From Octopus sinensis (Eukaryota), in the NCBI RefSeq assembly GCF_006345805.1, contig NC_042997.1:173910001-173974000 (forward strand): DNA of 64,000 bases. The letters are read 5' to 3'. Both the position numbers and the translations under genes were made by a program. Positions 26,851 to 38,359 of this stretch are shown here, piece by piece. Every line of letters begins with the position of its first letter. Within the stretch, counting starts at the first letter, position 1. The notes below the pieces were generated by a model. It was given only the letters and a program-made list of their open reading frames with translations, did no database searches and was not told the origin of the DNA.

Positions 26851-27743
26851 GCCTTTAGTAAATGTATATCATTCTTCTTTGGATTGGAATCTGAAAAACG
26901 TTATTCAATCTCACCAATAGCGCTTCATCACCAACTTTAGTAATTCAGTGCATATTCTCTAACTTCGCTGGATTACGTTTGACAGGACGGAGGATGTGTC
27001 TGCAACTGCTAGTAATTGCAAATACAATACAAACCATTAGCAACACATGCTGTTCGTTTGTTAGATGCCTCTATTGGCGTGAATTAAAAACAGAACATCG
27101 TCGGTCTGCATATGATGGCTCCAGTTAAGTATCCTTTCCATAAATCTCTGTGCAAATATGTTCTGCGAAAAAAACAAAACAAAGGGTGAATAAAAACGGA
27201 AAAAGAAAGGAAAAAAAAGAAAACCAAGAATTGTTGCCTGTTTGTCCGTAGAAATCATAATCTAGACGGTGTAGAATAATTCCATGGCGAGAAGGTCAAA
27301 GACTGCTCAATCTGGACATGAAAGTGTCGTCCAGCTCGATAGAAGAAACTTTTAGAGCACACATTCCTTTTAAATTCAAGATTCCCACCACAGATCCAAA
27401 ATCTTCAGCAGATGCAAACACATGGACAAATTTCTTTTGACGAGCTGGAGATCATAACCTTCTGCAAATTGAGCAACAGTCTTGCTTCCCTTAGCCTCCT
27501 CACCGTTGATTAATTTTTTCTACCGACATAGCAGACGCAACCCTTAGTTTTATTTCTTTTTTCATTTTTATCACCATTTGTCCTGGCCATTAAGCTAATA
27601 ATAATGATAACATTAATAATAATGATAACATAATAACAACAATAATAATAGTAATAATAATAATGTTAACATTATTTTATTATTATTATTATCATCATCA
27701 TGATTATTATTATCATTATTATTATTATCATCATCATCATCAC

Positions 27744-27800
<57 letters not shown>

Positions 27801-27995
27801 GATAGATCGTTATTATTATTATTATTATTAAGGATTGAACCCATTCTAAGTTAATGTTCAACAAAAATGCGGCCAATAGTTAAACTTAATTATGCTTTTG
27901 TTAAAAATTCAGTAAAATTTGATATTTTAAAAGACATATTAAAATGCTATTTTCCTCCTTTGCTCCCTTTGAGGTTATTGTCTTTGTTTGCCAAT

Positions 27996-28095
27996 NNNNN
28001 NNNNNNNNNNNNNNNNNNNNNNNNNNNNNNNNNNNNNNNNNNNNNNNNNNNNNNNNNNNNNNNNNNNNNNNNNNNNNNNNNNNNNNNNNNNNNNN
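27996..28095. other. Assembly gap (100 N)
   Basis: Run of N. Confidence 1.
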
Positions 28096-28382
28096 CCATA
28101 CATGCATAATACATATCTATAAGTGTGGCTATGCGTATGCGCGTGCGTGTGTTCTGTATAACGGTTTTAATTTCTATATTCTCTTGTGTTACAAAGAAGC
28201 AACCTGTTTGAGCAATTCATGAAGCAGTATTATTATAGTTGCTGCTGTTGTTATTGTTGTTGTTTCTTGTTGTTGTTGTTGTTGTTGTTGTTGCTGTTGT
28301 TGCTGTTGTTGGATTCACACTACAGAGAATCTCGGATTCCGATGCCGTACTCATTTCTCTGTTAAATTCCTTGCTTCCACAG

Positions 28383-28478
28383 ATTCCACCTTTTGCACAG
28401 TACAATAACAGAACCTATTCTTGCGATGCAAACCTGTCAAATAGATTTTGCAGAGCTGCGTGCGCCGCCAGTCTGTGG
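28383..28478 (+). CDS. Candidate 96-nt internal exon (IPPFAQYNNRTYSCDANLSNRFCRAACAASLW or the alternative open frame)
   Basis: Strong acceptor TTCCTTGCTTCCACAG, donor GG|GTATGA, frame-preserving; no homology recognised. Confidence 0.2.
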
Positions 28479-28877
28479 GTATGAATGCGCCTGTGCGTGG
28501 GTGCGTGATTGCCAACGCACGCGCGCGAGCGTATGTAGATGTGTATGCGTGTGTAAATGTGTAAGCGTCATGTGTGATTACGTGCGTATAACTGGGTACG
28601 TATTTGTGAGTGTGTATGAAGAGAGCCAGCCATCCTTGATAGAAACGCTATGTTATGTTAATGTTAAAGGATTCTTATTGCTACCAGAAACAAGAGCTGT
28701 TTACTGTCTTCTTAAATGACATACTACAATAGCGCTTGAAGCAGAGTCAGAGGTTAACTTCAACCGATACACATGCTCGACCTCCCACAAGATAGATACA
28801 CACATACACATAGTTTTTTTTATATAGATATATTTAATCCTGCTACATGCACTTTGTTCGTATAAAAGTCTCTATAC

Positions 28878-29619
28878 CAGTGATTCCCAAAGTGGTTGGT
28901 ACTGCTCCACTTAGGAGCAGTGGAAATATCTAGGTGTGGTGTTGAAGAAAAGGTGGGGCAATAACGGAGTTACCAAAAGGAGGTAATGGATGTAAAAAGC
29001 CACTGAAATAATGGATTAATTAGGTTAAGTTTTATTTGTGAAATTCAGTTGTTTTGAATTTGCAGCAGGAAGTGATCTATGTTTGTTATTTCTTTACTGC
29101 CCACAAGGGGCTACACACAGAGGGGACAAACAAAGACAGGCAAAGGGATTGAGTCGATTATATCTACCCCAGTACGTAACTGGTACGTAATTTATCGACC
29201 CCGAAAGGATGAACGGCAAAGTCGACTTCAGCGGAATTTGAACTCAGAACGTAACAGCAGCCGAAATACCCATTTCTTTACTACCCACAAGGGGCTAAAC
29301 ACAGAGAGGACAAACAAGGACAGACAAACGGATTAAGTCGATTACATCGACCCCAGTGCGTAACTGATACTTATTTAATCGACCCCGAAAGGACGAAAAG
29401 CAAAGTCGACCTCGGCGGAATTTGAACTCAGAACGTAACGGCAGGCGAAATACGGCTACGCATTTCGTCCGGCGTGCTAACGTTTATGCCAGCTCGCTCG
29501 CCAAAGTGGTCTATGTTTGTGATGGTGATTTGGAGTGAGTGGGGTGGGTGGGGAGCACGCTAGGAATGTGGCCTTGGTGCCATGTGAGCAGTAGCCTGAA
29601 AAAGGTTTGGTAACCATTG
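28878..29619. mobile_element. hAT (Charlie-like) MITE, interrupted by a SINE dimer
   Basis: Imperfect TIRs CAGTGATTCCCAAA / TTTGGTAACCATTG; perfect 8-bp TSD CTCTATAC (28870-77 and 29620-27), close to the Charlie NTCTAGAN target consensus. Confidence 0.8.
29085..29500 (-). mobile_element. SINE family A head-to-tail dimer (full A1 plus 5'-truncated A1)
   Basis: Full copy at ~29271-29500 joined at GAAATACC|CATTTC to a second copy at 29085-29270. Confidence 0.9.
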
Positions 29620-30519
29620 CTCTATACCATATATATGTGTCTGTGCGTGTGTGTGTTCGTGTGTGCAAGTGTGTGTGCCTGCGTGTGTTTTTGGTACATG
29701 TGAACAAATGTATTGTAAATGCACTAAAATGACCTTTCCTCCACAGGACTGGCTAGGCTCATGAAACCTCCAGCCAGGCATTCCCAACCCACACATCACT
29801 CCGCCAATTATCGCCCTTGTCATAGTCAACCACCTAAGTCTCCGCTAATCACCACGCCCCACAGCGTTTAAACACGTTTTTTAACCGTCGCATCTTTCGT
29901 AATAGGGTTTTGCCTTTGTATCATGGAATTAATATATCCTTTGATGAATTTTACCAAAAATTGGAAGAGACGATGCTGTAGAAAAGGATTTGAGATGGCA
30001 CTCTTTTCTATTTGTCTCGGGAAGAAATAAAATTAGTTTTGTACACTGTCTATAAGTAAGCACTTGTTCTGTTACTTTACGCATTATGGCGTAGATTATG
30101 ACGTGACATTTCTTAATATAAATGATAAGTTTTTCAGCGTTTGTTGAATGAAGTCGACGGATCATGCAAATATTGGTAAGATGACATCTATCTGTATTTG
30201 TCTAAATATGCTTCAAGGGCAATGAAATTGTTTTGTTTTGTTTTTTTTGTTGTTTTTTTTTGTTAGTGATGGTGTTTGAAAGAACTCATTCTGGTATTAT
30301 CTCTAATAATGTGCTTCTCAATTTCGGCTTGACTACTTGCGCATAAGAGAATTCTTCTACGCAAACACGCACACACACATACACATACAACCACACACAC
30401 ACACACAGACACACATGCACACACACACATACATACACACACTCAACTCACACACACACACACACACACACAACACACACACCACACACACAACACACAC
30501 ATATATATATATTTACCTG

Positions 30520-30690
30520 CTATTTTTTTCCTCTGTCCTCCCTTCTCGGGATGTTTCTTTCTCCAATGTTTCCGACGAAGAGCTCCGCTCGAAACGTCAA
30601 AACCTCCTTTTCCCTCTTTCCTGAGCGTCCAATAATACTTTATTTGTTCCAATCCTTGCGTTGTTGTTTTTTTGTTTTCTTGTTTGGATT
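30520..30690 (+). mobile_element. Penelope-like terminal repeat, family P1, with hammerhead-like motif at 30568-30603
   Basis: GTTT-CCGACGA-A-GAGC-TCC-GCTC-GAA-ACGT-C-AAAA (U4 to C change; triplet GUC). Confidence 0.65.
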
Positions 30691-30729
30691 AACTTTATAT
30701 ATATAATATATATATATACATATATATAA

Positions 30730-30771
<42 letters not shown>

Positions 30772-30792
30772 AGAGAGAGAGAGAGGAGAGAT

Positions 30793-31025
30793 ATCTGTAA
30801 ATATAATATGTGACAATTATTGGGTAGCCATGATAAAACTCCGAGTTTGGGATGTCGGGGTGAAAATCCACGCCGCCATCTCTTCAAGTATCCAGCCATC
30901 AGAAAGCATTTTTTTCCGTTGATCGGATAACTGAAGAGATGGCAGCGTGGATTTCTACACCGACATCAGAAACTCGGAGATTTATCATGGCTACTGAATA
31001 ATTGTCATACATTACATTTACAGGT
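30793..31025. mobile_element. Fold-back element: two ~100-bp inverted arms, each a degenerate hammerhead cassette
   Basis: Arms 30793-30893 and 30925-31025 are reverse complements with scattered mismatches; 31-nt spacer. Right arm reads GATAA-CTGAAGA-GATG...CATC-A-GAA-ACTC-G-GAGA-T-TTATC. Confidence 0.75.
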
Positions 31026-31204
31026 AAATTCCTCTACATAATATCGAGGTCTCTTTCATTCTTTTGTTGTCTTAACATTTCTATCAATATATATATATTG
31101 ATATAGGTATATAAATAGATAGGTATCAATATATGAGCGCACGTGTCTGTCTCTGTGTATATAGATATACACATACATACACACAATGTTTAAATTATTA
31201 GAAG

Positions 31205-31560
31205 GTGGCCATGCGGGGGCACCACCTTGAAGAATTTTTCAGTCTCGTGGATGCACCCCAGTACTTATCTTTTTAAAAGCTTATTCTGTCGGTCTCCTTT
31301 TGCTGAACTGTTAAGTAACAGGGATGTAAAACAACCCATATTCAATGTCAAACGGTGGTTGTGGGACAAACACGCGCACGTGCATACACACATATATATA
31401 CGACCGGGTTATTTTAGTTTCCACTACCAAATCCACTCTCAAAGCTTTGGTTGACTCGAAACTATAGAAGACACCTGATCAAGGTGCTACATAGTGCAAC
31501 TGAATCCCAAACGATATATTCGGGAAGCAAAATTCTTACCATACAGCCACACCTCCATCG
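31205..31560 (-). mobile_element. SINE family B, old diverged copy
   Basis: GGCCATGCGGGGGCACCACC...GAACTGTTAAGTAAC...CTACCAAATCCACTCTCAAAGCTTTGGTTGAC...CCATACAGCCAC. Confidence 0.7.
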
Positions 31561-32957
31561 GTATATATATACTTATACATACATACGTGTATATATATAT
31601 ATATATATGCTTTCGGTGCGAATGGTTTTGTTATATCGTGCCGTGTTTTACAATCTTGTAAATAATGATAATGGTGTTTATATAAGCTTAAAACTTATGG
31701 CGATCACTGTGCAATGACTAAGGAAAATAGGCTAATGAAGGGGAATATAAGCCCTAGACAGAAAAAAAGTAGGCTTTCCTATCCGCATGGGACGCGAACT
31801 CACATCTCTTTGTTAACTCGACTAAGTGTCTTACCGTTACACCAGCGAATTAAACTGTCAAGTTTAAGAACTATATTAGCTCGTATTTGTTTTACGTAGA
31901 CAAACTTTCTATGTGCATATAATCCTCGACAGAAAAAAAGTACACACACACACACACACACATATATATGTATAGAAAGACGAGTACAAGTATAGGTATA
32001 TATATATTCTTACACATATGCAGGAACATATATTGCAAGAGCATACTTACACACACATATGCACACACACACACACACACACACACGTGTATGCATACAC
32101 ACGCACGCACATGCACAAACCATACGTACTATCCATTTAATTTTTAAATTCATTCAAAATTTCGAAGATCTTTAAAATCCTCAATGGAAATTGCTATGAA
32201 CTACTTTTTCACCAAATGCTCCTATTATCAGTAAAAGCCGAAGAAATCATTTTTTGCTATGATCATGCAAACTTCTCTCTTTATGTAAGTTGAAAATCCT
32301 AACAAGTGCCCTCTCAACAGCATGTGTCTTACTAAAACATTAGTGAATCGAGATAAATTGTTTACTGCAAATGCAAAAGTTTAGTTAGGCCTTACTGAAA
32401 ACAGTTCTAAAATACTCTCGCAATACATATATATATATATATATTTAGACACTAAAATTAACGCTTCACGAGTTAACTAATCAAACAAAACATATCTTTA
32501 GTTTAAAAGGCCGATAACATTAACAACTATAAAATCGATTAGCCCATTACAGAACACAAGTCTCTCAACATTAACTTTCCAGAAAGTGAAATAATTTATT
32601 ACTGCTTGTTGCAAATTGGACAATATTTAGGAAACAGTAAATACCTATAGATATTTATATTTATCAAGTAATTTGTCTAAAATAAGTTGTTAATAAGGTT
32701 AAAATAGTTTATATCCACTTAACACCTTTAATAATTAACATTTGTTTTGTGTCTTTTAGATATTTAGCACTGACGACATGTAATACCAAGTTTTGTCTGT
32801 GAATAGATGGATATATCACGTCTTCGGTTAGTTGTATACAAGTACTAACACAATCCCATTGCACCTGTTGAAAGCAAATTGCGTGGGCAAAAGAATAGAC
32901 GGAGGAATAGATTCAACCAAATGTCTGACTTATGAAGCAGCCTCCTACTTGGACATT

Positions 32958-33190
32958 CCTATTTCTTTACTACCCACAAGGGGTTAAACACAGAGTGGAC
33001 AAACAAGGACAGACAAACGGATTAAGTCGACTATATCGACTCCAGTGCGTAACTGGTACTTAATTTATCGACCCCGAAAGGATAAAAGGCAAAGTCGACC
33101 TTGGCAGAATTTGAACTCAGAACGTAGCGGCAGACGAAATACTGGTAAGCATTTCGTCCGGCGTGCTAACATTTCTGCCAGCTCACCGCG
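32958..33190 (-). mobile_element. SINE family A (A1, full length)
   Basis: Reverse complement of the 11698-11934 type. Confidence 0.92.
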
Positions 33191-33309
33191 CTTTTATACT
33201 TGGTCATTCCTAAATAGCTATATCAAACGGCACGTAAAATAACGAGAATAATTTTCTTAGCGTGTCGAGCGAAGCTCATAGTTTTTGATCATTGGGTTGA
33301 ACATTGAAA

Positions 33310-33705
33310 GTGTACAAGGAAGGTCGGATACGGCTTGAGCCATAAAATGAATCAGTCGCTACTTCTCTGTTTAAGAAGTGTAAAAAATGTGGTTTGTTAC
33401 TAAAAATTGAATCGGAGACAGTCCTCATTTTAGACGTGTAAGAAGAAGTTGGATTTAGTTTTAATTCAGATTGTATCATCGACACTACTATTCTACTGTA
33501 GAGGTGTAACAAAATGTCGGGTATAGCTTGAGCTCAAGACTGTATCTGTGTCACCTCTGTTCTGTTTTAGAAATGTAACAGTATGTAGAATACGGCTTCA
33601 GCTGAGAATTTAATCTACGACTGTACACTGCCTTAGAAGTGTAACCGAAGGTAGAGTATAATTTGAGCTCAAAACTAAATCTGTTACCTCTCCCTCCCTG
33701 AAACG
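33310..33705. repeat. Degenerate ~66-bp minisatellite, about 6 units
   Basis: Units begin GTGTAAC/GTGTAA/ATGTAAC at ~33310, 33378, 33437, 33504, 33573 and 33639, with shared GTCGG.TA.GGCTTGAGCTCAA and TTAGAA motifs. Confidence 0.6.
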
Positions 33706-34394
33706 TACATACATTTCTAGCAGTACATTAGTTGATGTGAGGGGAGGGAAGGGAAGCCCTTGTAGGTGTGGTTCATCCTGTTTGAAATAATAGCTAAATC
33801 TCCTTCAAAATACATCGTCTTAAGAAGGGGGGGGGAGGAAAAAAAAGAGAGGAGAATGACACATTTGATGTGCTTGAAAAAACATAATAAATTGGATCGT
33901 CCAGGCTGGAACGCATTTGATCAGAAATGTGCTCGATCAGCAGCACTAAACAAAAAACAACAATGACAACAAAAGCAACAACAACAACAACAAGAATAAC
34001 AACAACAACAGCAACAACAACAGCAGCAACAAAACAGCATATATTCAATTAGTCTAACCCATTTGTTCCTCTTGTCAGATTGGAACTGATTAAAATTATA
34101 AATTCCGTAATGTTCCTCTGAAATTTCCCATTTCCTTCCTTCCTTCCTTCCTTCCTTCCTTTCTCTCGTGTATTTTGCACTTTCATTTTTTCTTTCCTTT
34201 TTTTTTTATTTTATCTTTTCCATTCGTACTTACTTTCTTTTTCATATATGTTTGTTTTCCAATCACCATTTGTTTTGTTTTTCTCTCTTTTTCCATTATT
34301 TCCAACTCTTCTTTATTCTTTATTCTTTAAGTGTGTTTCTTCAATCATTGATTATCACTGGACATCATTTTTTATTTCGCTTCCTTGCATCCTA

Positions 34395-34395
34395 A

Positions 34396-34470
<75 letters not shown>

Positions 34471-34515
34471 CATATCTACCTATCTACCTATCTATCTATC
34501 TATCTATCTATCTAC

Positions 34516-34570
<55 letters not shown>

Positions 34571-34630
34571 CCTATCTACCTATCTATCTATCTATCTATC
34601 TATTTATCGATCTATCTATCTATCTATCTC

Positions 34631-34690
<60 letters not shown>

Positions 34691-34735
34691 CCTATCTACC
34701 TATCTACCTATCTATCTATCTATCAATCTATCTAT
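34395..34735. repeat. (TCTA)n microsatellite
   Basis: Direct observation. Confidence 0.95.
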
Positions 34736-35394
34736 CTTTTCTTCTTCTTAAACACACTATTCTCCTCACTTATTCTACTAACATAGATTTGCCTCTTACA
34801 TACACACACACACACACACACAAACACATGCACGCATTACACACATACACACAAACACAAATGCGTACATATTCTCTCTATTTTCCTTCGCTCTCTCACA
34901 CGCACTTCCTCCCTTCCTCTCCCTCCCTCTCTCACTCTCTTCTTCTCTCCTCTCTCTCTATCTTTCTCTCCACTTTCCCCCACTCTTTCTTCTTCCCATC
35001 CCTCTATCTTACCCCCTTACCCTCTCTCTGAAGTACTTTTCCATCTTTCATTTTATTTCTTTAATCTTTATTGCTTTTGAAAATGCAACATTTAAGTTTT
35101 AAATGCATTTTGTGCTTCGACGGTTGGTTCTTATAAACAACAATAACTACAGCAACAACAACAACAGCAACAACATTGTCAGTAACACCAGGAACGATAA
35201 CATAAATAGTAGTAAAGGTAATAGTGAAATGGAGGAGGCAATTTCTTTAGATTTATATTTCGTATTATTTACCATAATGATGACGATGTTGTAACGGGGT
35301 GGGGTGGGGTGAGAGTGATGGAAATGCCGATGATAATGATGAGAATGTTAATGATGATATTACTGATAATTATGATGGAAGTAGGGTTCCTGAA

Positions 35395-35399
35395 AAAAA

Positions 35400-35454
<55 letters not shown>

Positions 35455-35558
35455 CTGGCGACAAATGGTAATGATGATGACGATGTCGACGACGGTAATG
35501 ATGACGATGATGATGTTGAAGATGATGACGATGATGATGTTGAAGATGATGATGATGG

Positions 35559-35589
<31 letters not shown>

Positions 35590-35847
35590 AACGACGATGA
35601 TGATGCTGACGACAAATGACAATGATGATGACGATGTCGACGACGGTAATAATGACGATGATGATGTTGAAGATGATGACGATGATGATGTTGAAGATGA
35701 TGATGATGGTGATGATGATGATGATGATGAAAACGACGATGATGATGCTGACGACAAATGACAATGATGATGACGATGTCGACGACGGTAATAATGACGT
35801 TGATTATGATGAAGATGATGAGGATGATAAGGATGAGGGTGAAGATA

Positions 35848-35922
<75 letters not shown>

Positions 35923-36110
35923 GTGACGATGATGATGATGGGGATGATGATGATGGCGATGATGATGGTGATGGTGATGATGATGATGATGATGATGATG
36001 ACGACGACGACGAAGACGATGACGACGACAATGATGCTGATAACTACGATTATGATGAAGATGACGACGACAACGACGACGACGACGAAGCTGATGACGG
36101 CGACATCATG
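35395..36110. repeat. (GAT)n compound microsatellite with a 142-151 bp higher-order repeat
   Basis: GACAAATG anchor at 35460, 35611 and 35753 with the same order of interruptions in each unit. Confidence 0.9.
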
Positions 36111-37699
36111 TAGATTATCATGCATAGGTGGATGACAACGAAGGATGACAAACGAAGGCGGTGGTTGTAATTGCTGTTGTTGTAGGTGTACTTTATATTG
36201 TAGTTGTTGCTGTTGCTGTAGTTATTATTACTGTTGCAGGTGCTGGCTGTTATTGTTGTTATTGTTATTATTATTATTTTATACATTACAGAAACATTTT
36301 AAGATGTTTGTTAAATCGATGAGAGTATTTAAGATGTTTTTACTAGTTCGTGTTGTCATTGTTGTGGCTCACATTTTTTTTTAATATTTATGCTTAATTT
36401 AATTTATTAGTTGTTTGTTTCTCTATTGTTTTGTGTGTATTTCTTGACACTATTCTTCTTCCCAGTCCCCCCCGCCCCCCAACACCATCAATTAATGGCT
36501 TACACATTAAGGAGTAACGTTGTTAGTCGTCGAGGCTGCTTTTCAAGTTGTCGTTATTTTTGCTATTGCTGGTGCTAACGCTGTCTCCATTGTTGTTGAT
36601 GTTAATATTATTGATGTTTTTCTTCTCTTGCTTTTGCAGTTCTTGTTGTTGTTTCTGTACTCTGGTAGATTATTTTGAAGCAAGTAATCTACCAGATTAC
36701 TTGTGCAAGTGTGTGTATGTGCGTGCATCTGTATATGAATGAGTGTGTGTCTATGAATATGCATCCATACAATATGCATGTATATGTGCATATATACATA
36801 CATATATATGTATATATGTGCGTATATGTATATGTATGTACATATATTTCTATTGTTATAGTTATATATAGATATAGATATATGTATGTATACATGCATA
36901 TAAACATTTACATATATATGCATACATATATACACATATACACATGTATATGCATATATAAATCTATATATATGTGTGTGTATGTGTGTATGCTTGTATT
37001 TATGTATGTTTGCATGTATGTATTTATGTTTGCGCGCGCGCGCGCGTGTGTGTAGGCATGTATATATGTAGGAAAAGTGAAGCACAGGCATGGCTGAAGT
37101 TCGCTTGATAGGAACGTGGTTCTAGGTTCGATACGACTGTAAAGCGAATTGGGTAAGTACCATGATTGAGCCACGTTGAGCCACCTCTCTGTATTATTAT
37201 TTATTCGTCTTCTTTCACCATTTATATTCTAATTTTATACAGATTTTTCTTCTTTACATAAGCAACACAAAATACATTTCTGTCTTATTTGGATGCCACT
37301 CTAATGAAGTACCACTCCAATAGTATCAACAGCAAATATCGCCGAAGCTGGAATTATTTGCGTGCAAGGGTGTCAACAACATAGTGATACCCAAATGATT
37401 GTAACTAATAATAAAGATGTGTTAAATTCATTTTTCAACTTCTTAATTGTATAATAGGTTACAGCTCGTAAGACTCACAAACTTCATTTCCAGGGATATA
37501 CCTGGGAATTCTTACAGCAGCCAACTTCCAATTTTCCTCCAGGTTCCAATTCGAATGGGTAGACAGATAGCTCTGAGTTTGAGTTGAGTGATGCATTGGA
37601 AATATACCGATTTTTTACCTTATCAGGATCCTCTCCACAAACACTCACACGCATACACAACATGATATACATATACACACACACACACACACACACGCA

Positions 37700-37732
<33 letters not shown>

Positions 37733-37738
<6 letters not shown>

Positions 37739-38159
37739 AGTGAATTGAAGAAATGGAGTTGAACGAAGATTGAACAGAAGTCGTTTTATTGCATTCCGAT
37801 TGAATAAGGAGACCATATTGTGTCTTTCTCTTCAGGAAGAATAGGAAATCCGTTGGAAAAAACAAAAACAGAAAAGGCGGAGCAAGACAAATCGAACGAG
37901 GCTCCTGAGAGAGCCCATGGCCAAGGCCAAGAGTTGGCCATGGGCTCTTAGGAGCCTCGTTCGATTTGTCTTGCTCCGCCTCTGTTCTGTTTTTGTTTTT
38001 TCCAACGGATTTCCTATTTCTTCTGAAGAGAAAGACACAATATGGTCTCCTTATTCAATCGGAATTGGTGTAAATTGTGCCTTTCGAAACACGTGTAGAA
38101 TGCAATAAAACGATTTCTGTTCAATCTTCGTTCAACTCCATTCTTCAATTCACAATAAT
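37733..38159. mobile_element. Fold-back element with ~190-bp near-perfect inverted arms (Penelope-like terminal repeat pair)
   Basis: Left arm 37733-37924, 9-nt spacer, right arm 37934-38159; the right arm carries 35 extra bp missing from the left arm. Confidence 0.85.
38020..38101 (+). ncRNA. Type I hammerhead ribozyme-like motif in the right arm of the fold-back
   Basis: CTGAAGA(38023-29), stem II GAAAGACACAAT/ATTGTGCCTTTC (11 of 12 pairs), GAA(38086-88), ACACGTGT palindrome, A(38097), short and weak stem I. Confidence 0.6.
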
Positions 38160-38311
38160 CTTAAAATTCTATTATCCGCACCAACGCACGGTTGCAACAC
38201 CATATGGTTGTACCTCCAACCGTGCTGTCTTCTGCTGTGATTTTTGCTACCAAGGTATCGGTTAAACTTTTGATTAATCTGCAACAAGATTATTCATCTT
38301 TCTATTTCACA

Positions 38312-38351
<40 letters not shown>

Positions 38352-38359
<8 letters not shown>

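Noticed and set aside
33310-33705. Possible CRISPR-like array
   Set aside because: Eukaryotic context, whole units are diverged rather than fixed repeats with unique spacers, and no cas genes.
34248-34786. IYLS-repeat ORFs (also 56118-56950)
   Set aside because: Translations of (TCTA)n/(GATA)n microsatellites.
35269-36135. Poly-D, poly-M, poly-H and poly-S ORFs suggesting an acidic biomineral or His-rich protein
   Set aside because: Pure (GAT)n tract open in most frames; the higher-order unit shifts frame, which is inconsistent with coding.
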